Shown here one piece after another: positions 60,201 through 64,000 of a DNA stretch of 64,000 nucleotides. The position numbers and the translations under genes are program-made. The stretch is from a virus. Taxonomy: Duplodnaviria > Caudoviricetes. Each line of letters opens with the position of its first letter. Position 1 is the first letter of the stretch. The notes beneath the pieces are model-generated. The model saw only the letters and a program-made list of their open reading frames with translations. It made no database searches and was not told the origin of the DNA. The DNA is taken from the IMG/VR virus record IMGVR_UViG_3300028048_003175, positions 1-64,000 of that record; one strand, 5' to 3'.

Positions 60201-62761
60201 ACCTGTTCAAGCACTTCTTCCAGGCGCGTGTGATGGGACCGATTACGGTTAAGATAACGGCAGCACAGGACGGTTACTTTGGTATGGGTGTTGATAGCAC
60301 CAGCAGCGCAAAGTATTCGTGCTATCTGCAAGCAGGCGAGAGCCACACCTTCACGGAAGCAGCAACCGGTGTCGGTGGTAAGCTGATTTACATCTTTGGT
60401 GCAGACAAGCTGAGCGAACTTGATTTGAGCGGCTGTACTCCGAAGAACTCAAACTGGATGATTGCCGACTGCACCCTGTTAAGGAAACTGATCATCGGTG
60501 GCGCAAGCTATACTCCTGCTTATACTGATGATATTTTGTCAGCATTGAGCCTCGGACAGATGCCATTCCTGGAGGAGATAGACATAAGAAGTACACGAAT
60601 TATGACGCTGAACGCAAGCGGTTGTCCTCGATTGAAGAAAGTGCTTGCAAGCGGCAGTCAGCTTCGCACGTTCACTCCTGCACAATCGTCACCGTTGCAG
60701 ACAATCTCTCTTCCTGCAACCATGACGGACCTTATCTTTGTCAACCTCCCCAATATCGGCTATCCTAACGGTGGATTGACAATAGAGGGCTTGGCAAACG
60801 TGACACGTGTACAAGTGGCAGGTTGTCCGAAACTGGATGCCGTACAGTTGCTGTCTGATATTGTTTCAGCAAACGGAAGCATCAGCGAAATATCGCTGGA
60901 GGAGAAGAAGGTAACTGGCGACGTGGCTATTCTGCGTGCGTTGATTGCCAGCGGAGCAAAAGGATTCTCTTCAGACCTCACTACCGGCTGCGATGGTCTT
61001 AGCGGAAAGTGGATTCTGAACACGTTGATAGAGGACAGCGAGCTTGCGACGATACGGGCTTACTTCCCACTTCTGACCGTCAGCAACTCATTGTATAGCG
61101 ATTACAAGGAGTATGACCTCGAAAGCGACACTGAGAACGTTACGAACTTGGATAACCAGACTGGTTATGATTATAATAACGAGTACGTGCCAAGCGGCCA
61201 TATCCTCAAGATACGCGCCAAAAGTGTTCCTGTGAAAGGTCAGTTCGACAAGGTGACAAAAGCCATGACACTCACCAAATTGTCAGAGGAAAACTATAAG
61301 CAGTTCCCAGACGGTTCCGCTTTTGACAATACCGATGCTCTTGGTGAAGGCTATGACTGTTTCATCTACATTCCTAACTTCTACTACAAAGGTATCAACG
61401 ACTTCAAGAGACAGGAGAAGCACACACTTTTGTCTGCCTTTGTCACTGAGCCGGAAGCCACATGGACGCAGAAGAAGGAGGGTGTCTTGTCTGAGCTCCT
61501 TTATGCTGACGCTTCTGGAATACCCATTGGCAGCATAAACGTGGGCGATACATTCTCTGATGAGACGCATATTGCTATTCTGTCATCGTGTGCCGTGTAT
61601 CGTCTCGATGTCGAGGGAATGAAGCAGGTTCGTTACATCGGTCTGAATAATGCCACCTACGGCAGCATCTTCGTTGATAGTGAGGGAAAGGTGCTTCAGA
61701 AAGATGCTCTCTCGATAACAGGAACAACGGCATGTCCGCTGGACTTCAAGAACGAGAATGGTGACTATATCTATAGAGACGTGCCGACAGGTGCCAAGTG
61801 GATATACTTCACCTGCATCCGTGCGCTGTCTGATGAGGGTCATCCTGTCTTTGCCGTTGACAGTAGCGATATTGAGGCTATTGAGCCGGGCTGGGAGAAG
61901 CACTACTCTGAGGTGATAGGTATCTATGGCGCAAGTATAGATGACCTCGGCTTCATCCGTTCACTTTCCGGCAAGGTGACAAAGCGAGGCACTGGAACGA
62001 GCACCACATCATCGGAATGGACCTACGATGCCGACGGAATGCCGACCAATCAGCCAGTTGGAGCCTTGAACTACACTGGACAGGACTTCTATAATCTCTG
62101 TTATCTGCGTGGAGAGGGTTATCATGATGTCAGCTACGACCAGAACAAGACCATTGCTATCCTCTCGAAGTGCTGGATAGGCGACCGAGACGACCAGGCG
62201 AAACACGGTATGGGTGTTTCCGCAGGCTATACCACTGGCCAACTTGACAGTTATGGTAGCCATGATACCGCTTCCGGAATGAACAAGATCTGGAAGCTTG
62301 AGGCATGGGTGGCTTGTAACTGGGAGTTCATGGACTACGTCGGTGTGAACATCAGCAGCTTCATCGAATGGAGAAGAAACAAACGTCCGCAGTCGGGTAC
62401 GGTCGATGCTGTATGGCATATCTATGACCCACATACTAATACGGAGCGCACTGTGCAGGGTATAACTAATTCGGGTGTTTGTATCGCCCGTCTGAAGCAT
62501 GGTCGTCACTGCGACATCATTGCGAGCAGTTGTAACTCTGACAGTAGCAGGTGGAATACCTGTTATGCAGCAGGTAATTACTATACAGCCACTGGTGGGC
62601 GCGTGGTTGGTCGTGCGCTCTACAATGCGGGTGCGTATGGCGGTTGCGTTTGTGCGGACGCGAGCTACGCTTCTTCGGGCTCGTATGCGTTCGTCGGTGC
62701 GCGTCTCGCCTTCAGCGGAAGATTCGCAAACGAAAGCGAAATAGACCCGGAGCTGCAGTAA
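54251..62761 (+). CDS. Giant tail fibre/adhesin (2836 aa), DGR target with LRR region and C-terminal variable domain
   Basis: VR1 at the C-terminus; LRR-like units at about 60400-60900. Confidence 0.85.
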   Translation: MINVQELLGKVANNGATLAGILAYGEWNTLVQAVRELQGLVASDERLNNINTQLTALSDRITALKNEKDGEIAQVLQQINQTLQAILTEQGARQQGDAALQTAIDNMSDAFSDTIDALRDIVDGKATIVELSSYMTNNAQLPKNGLYVWHGNPVDSRMFTKSEGDTLWLVFCLRKGDDSDSNFGAGIRDCLVYSTDGDSDPFYYVGRYLNANIPADVQKAFGYDDMAKIVTINLSDYYPSLEESQNGYIALDEEELADIFETPSKAYALHDRRLRVITDESEYYGYPATMQYSGGNFHRLTVDMGTEILIISIPDEGASALAFSGNGAMRLISLTEIPAGTVTEDNLAAGVKTKLNKRDVIDVEWWFDPVPRRMYTPTKAGLYWYVPTEKQLLVSVETENSGVYEFVEVTPQGNTIYIDVDENIPYIWKDDDMSSIAPKKAPASIFNATNEVPISGYYVLCDDENESTSAVHAAWNAEKAVSGLIISFEIGAGIWKTYQYVGRTVTEVNWMNSDNWKDFGSLAAGSESYIVIDGLIGAPVAGEFYTLETAVARLVAYQQETGVTYAKKGLVISYRTAENVMETKQFQGEISGFGEVGLWKDFGGGSEVETSDEPEEGGTDALSTGGAYTHTPAGISVDTETEGVVKLKLVNAGGEDVGDEIQFPVGSGSGGGSGTTIAVAFRDNPFYGKAGGSFLVKAAIMSVTKAGSQETSNTITSVVFVNRTTKNTVASFNPRKASSATMSDYSFEFDLSNLGQSAGEIPLQAIITDDGGNTATKNLSMVAIDVTCVSVQTLNYTRETSLQVGGPRTSIPMYRFPNNASDRGIRTKIEIYKNNAWETLQEIVITDTYPHNVSIDPTGMGHGAYPIRIQGTDVASGTRGNILHTAVMVIEQREDVADYDKPIVVARWSDDTDGEVKLFETLQIDIACYQRSTNPTTVQVKITDETTGVSETISESAMYRNKYYTIEKRIVGYNNGDTLVFDAVCGLVSLPETREVHVNGSLLDIAETEGALYKISLAGRSNTDTDKTIKTTATDGTELELEVIGSNYSTNGFVPDTFGTEKSGGRMSLRVAENVKAVFNDQPFKSTSIPTNGLALSMTFKVKNIADRKARIIRCMGERLGFVLTGEKFYVTTNGDTDEALASVFTTAATSYLDDVVYRFDIVIEPQSRAPYSGVMLCKVFQNGDMAACVPIDTTSAFPNFDDFIHFDGTDADLYLYEIVRWNTYYDFIQAFNNYIVNLTDTQAMLKEYEQNRVMIDVTAEGTTKPRPDMQRLIDRGVMVCVETRTSDANLSKDGSAVSDSEIYYPDYIENIKDKKTTVIMDWYLYFPDRPWADCKIEAIPVTNQGTSTLAYAIKNKKGKAKKAKRIVMLHTREEVSRMYNGDENILAKYDDAVRLASKKKIRIKDGSTPINTITIKVDYSDSAGANNCALMEQMNDVQIALGRNYMTPAQIFNTDSSEELHTSIDGITCALFRTDYRIGQDKGSEAATLPENAYFHSKANFNADKGNPHFFGFEDVPGYNKGCVNYGDFKEIVTPRGTNIDDYKATVLAGSATLIPGTLYMISEFCGPETRFIENDGTGAMTETDAVAEFEEVDKTGAEIAADDVSGYDWATVYRSTDNKYYKYAGGVWRDTTGSMTYDSSTGKWVIVGRVLNPVECYEYRQYQEFCWQQGVNSVDDMLETLHTDDGDVPIWSTYYESRYPDDDDLNDLYAQGKKVPYQLFRELLFCQQCNQNLTDNQEENAALNPDGSEKIFNGAGASTTITLDGNTVAGTKANRLLKWQHEMHKYYNPYSTNCYIVGSDYKATVDQRAKNMMKAVYKETDGSMRFYFNHWYDGDSVDEADNDCYLTIPWDMDARSSHLYQGWDGVMFQQTYALFEQGKGVWIDNAGTQLTLHDTAAAMRNTKTNAGLEIFSADGCYRYWMTYRILKWPKVVSSFDGERKYIETATAADNHYPALHGLRLESLPAFQRKRFAYRDGYFQTGDLFKHFFQARVMGPITVKITAAQDGYFGMGVDSTSSAKYSCYLQAGESHTFTEAATGVGGKLIYIFGADKLSELDLSGCTPKNSNWMIADCTLLRKLIIGGASYTPAYTDDILSALSLGQMPFLEEIDIRSTRIMTLNASGCPRLKKVLASGSQLRTFTPAQSSPLQTISLPATMTDLIFVNLPNIGYPNGGLTIEGLANVTRVQVAGCPKLDAVQLLSDIVSANGSISEISLEEKKVTGDVAILRALIASGAKGFSSDLTTGCDGLSGKWILNTLIEDSELATIRAYFPLLTVSNSLYSDYKEYDLESDTENVTNLDNQTGYDYNNEYVPSGHILKIRAKSVPVKGQFDKVTKAMTLTKLSEENYKQFPDGSAFDNTDALGEGYDCFIYIPNFYYKGINDFKRQEKHTLLSAFVTEPEATWTQKKEGVLSELLYADASGIPIGSINVGDTFSDETHIAILSSCAVYRLDVEGMKQVRYIGLNNATYGSIFVDSEGKVLQKDALSITGTTACPLDFKNENGDYIYRDVPTGAKWIYFTCIRALSDEGHPVFAVDSSDIEAIEPGWEKHYSEVIGIYGASIDDLGFIRSLSGKVTKRGTGTSTTSSEWTYDADGMPTNQPVGALNYTGQDFYNLCYLRGEGYHDVSYDQNKTIAILSKCWIGDRDDQAKHGMGVSAGYTTGQLDSYGSHDTASGMNKIWKLEAWVACNWEFMDYVGVNISSFIEWRRNKRPQSGTVDAVWHIYDPHTNTERTVQGITNSGVCIARLKHGRHCDIIASSCNSDSSRWNTCYAAGNYYTATGGRVVGRALYNAGAYGGCVCADASYASSGSYAFVGARLAFSGRFANESEIDPELQ
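62598..62709 (+). repeat. DGR variable repeat VR1
   Basis: 112 nt colinear with TR; 18 mismatches, all at TR adenines. Confidence 0.95.
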
Positions 62762-62770
62762 GCAGCGCAA

Positions 62771-62814
62771 AACGTGGCACGTTGGGCAGGGGGAAAGAAA
62801 AAAGCCCCCTGCCC
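62771..62814. other. Hairpins downstream of VR1 (possible DGR target-recognition element)
   Basis: AACGTG-G-CACGTT and GGGCAGGGGG-N11-CCCCCTGCCC. Confidence 0.55.
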
Positions 62815-62873
62815 CCGAGCCCCAAAAAACGTCCCCAAGTGTGAGGATGAAAAAAGGTAGAGGACTTCCTCAT

Positions 62874-62985
62874 GGCGCGTGGTTGGTCGTGCGAACAACA
62901 ATGCGAATGCGAATGGCGGTTGCGTTTATGCGAACGCGAACAACGCTTCTTCGAACTCGAATACGAACAACGGTGCGCGTCTCGC
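62874..62985 (+). repeat. DGR template repeat (TR)
   Basis: AAY-rich copy of both VRs (12 AAC/AAT codons, 26 A), upstream of the RT. Confidence 0.95.
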
Positions 62986-63198
62986 AAACAAGTTAATCAG
63001 CTCTATGGTGTATGCTTGCGTGACAGGCAATGACAATGGCTGACAAGTCCGAGCCTCGGCAACAGCAATTTCTCTCCAGTCTGCAAAGAAATGGAAAGAA
63101 TTGGAAAGCGGAAAAACCAAAGGTGCAACCTATGATAGGTGAGTAAACAAGGAATTGGCTGAAAGTCTTAACGGTTGCGGAATGAAGGATTATTCAGA

Positions 63199-64000
63199 AT
63201 GAGTAAAAGATACGGTCATATATTACCGCAAATCATCGATAGGCGAAACATGGACGATGCCTTTGATGAGGTTGTAGGTGGCCTTGAGTCGAAAGAGCGT
63301 CGTGAGCACTATGAGGCACAAAGAGAGGATATTATATCACGGCTGACTGCCAAGATAGGCTCCGGCACCTTTCGAATCACTCATTACGAACAGTTCTGGG
63401 TACAAGACGGACCTAAGCGTAGGTTGATACAGTCGCCCAGTGTGAAAGACAGAATAGGTTGCAATGCCGTGATGAGAGTGGTGGAGAAGTATATCTACCC
63501 GACTATCATCAAGACTTCTGCTGCAAGCATCAAAGGACGTGGCATGCACAGACTATACCGTAAGATGCGGACGGACGTGCGCCATGACCGAGAGGGAACG
63601 AAGTACTTCTATATGTGCGACATCAGAAAGTTCTATGAGAGCGTAGATCAAGACCTGACGTTTGAAATATTGAAGGGCTATATCAAAGACCCTGTGGTGC
63701 TGCCGATGCTGGAGAGTTTTATAAGACTCATGCCGAAAGGACTTTCCATCGGATTGCGTTCTTCGCAGTGCTTCGGCAATATGCTCCTGTCAAAGATGGG
63801 TCACAGGCTAAAGGAGAAAGAGGGTGTTCGCTACCTTTATATCTACTGTGATGACATACGAGTGTATGGTGCAACGAAGAAGTGGCTTTGGCATATCCGA
63901 GACATCATTCACGAAGAGATAGAGGGTCTTGGACTGGAGATAAAGCCCAGTGAGGCAGTCAAGCCTACGACAGAGGGAAATGATTTCCTTGGGTATATCG
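63199..64000 (+). CDS. DGR reverse transcriptase (truncated by the window edge)
   Basis: Translated by hand: MSKRYG...KRRLI...DIRKFYESVD...GLSIGLRSSQ...YCDD...DFLGY; absent from the ORF track because it has no stop in the window. Confidence 0.95.
   Translation, partial: MSKRYGHILPQIIDRRNMDDAFDEVVGGLESKERREHYEAQREDIISRLTAKIGSGTFRITHYEQFWVQDGPKRRLIQSPSVKDRIGCNAVMRVVEKYIYPTIIKTSAASIKGRGMHRLYRKMRTDVRHDREGTKYFYMCDIRKFYESVDQDLTFEILKGYIKDPVVLPMLESFIRLMPKGLSIGLRSSQCFGNMLLSKMGHRLKEKEGVRYLYIYCDDIRVYGATKKWLWHIRDIIHEEIEGLGLEIKPSEAVKPTTEGNDFLGYI

Noticed and set aside
63199-64000. Group II intron or retron RT
   Set aside because: The adjacent TR/VR pair with adenine-only mismatches and the GxxxSQ motif indicate a DGR

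Overview
This window is most of a temperate siphovirus-like phage or prophage, probably of a Bacteroidales host such as Prevotella or Bacteroides (inferred from TTTG-N20-TAnnTTTG promoters and gene content). Left to right it contains: a heptamer tandem repeat; a repressor/Cro switch with face-to-face promoters; recombination and replication genes with iterons inside the initiator; a PRTRC ubiquitin-like cassette; accessory early genes (dUTPase, DnaN clamp, nucleases, radical SAM, ASCH, methyltransferase); three ParB-like genes; terminase, tail, tape measure, head and portal genes; a 2836-aa tail/adhesin protein; and a diversity-generating retroelement (DGR) whose RT runs off the right edge. 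No integrase or lysis genes were recognised in the window. Main observations: (1) One DGR template repeat (62874-62985) has two variable repeats, one in the adjacent giant tail protein and one about 48 kb away in a small early-region gene (14821-14920), and every mismatch is at a template adenine. (2) A probable ~125-nt sRNA gene on the minus strand (28244-28367) has its own promoter and terminator and is complementary to the cro leader and to the 5' ends of several early transcripts. (3) A repeated promoter/operator cassette occurs five times. All alignments and family assignments were done by eye, with no database searches.
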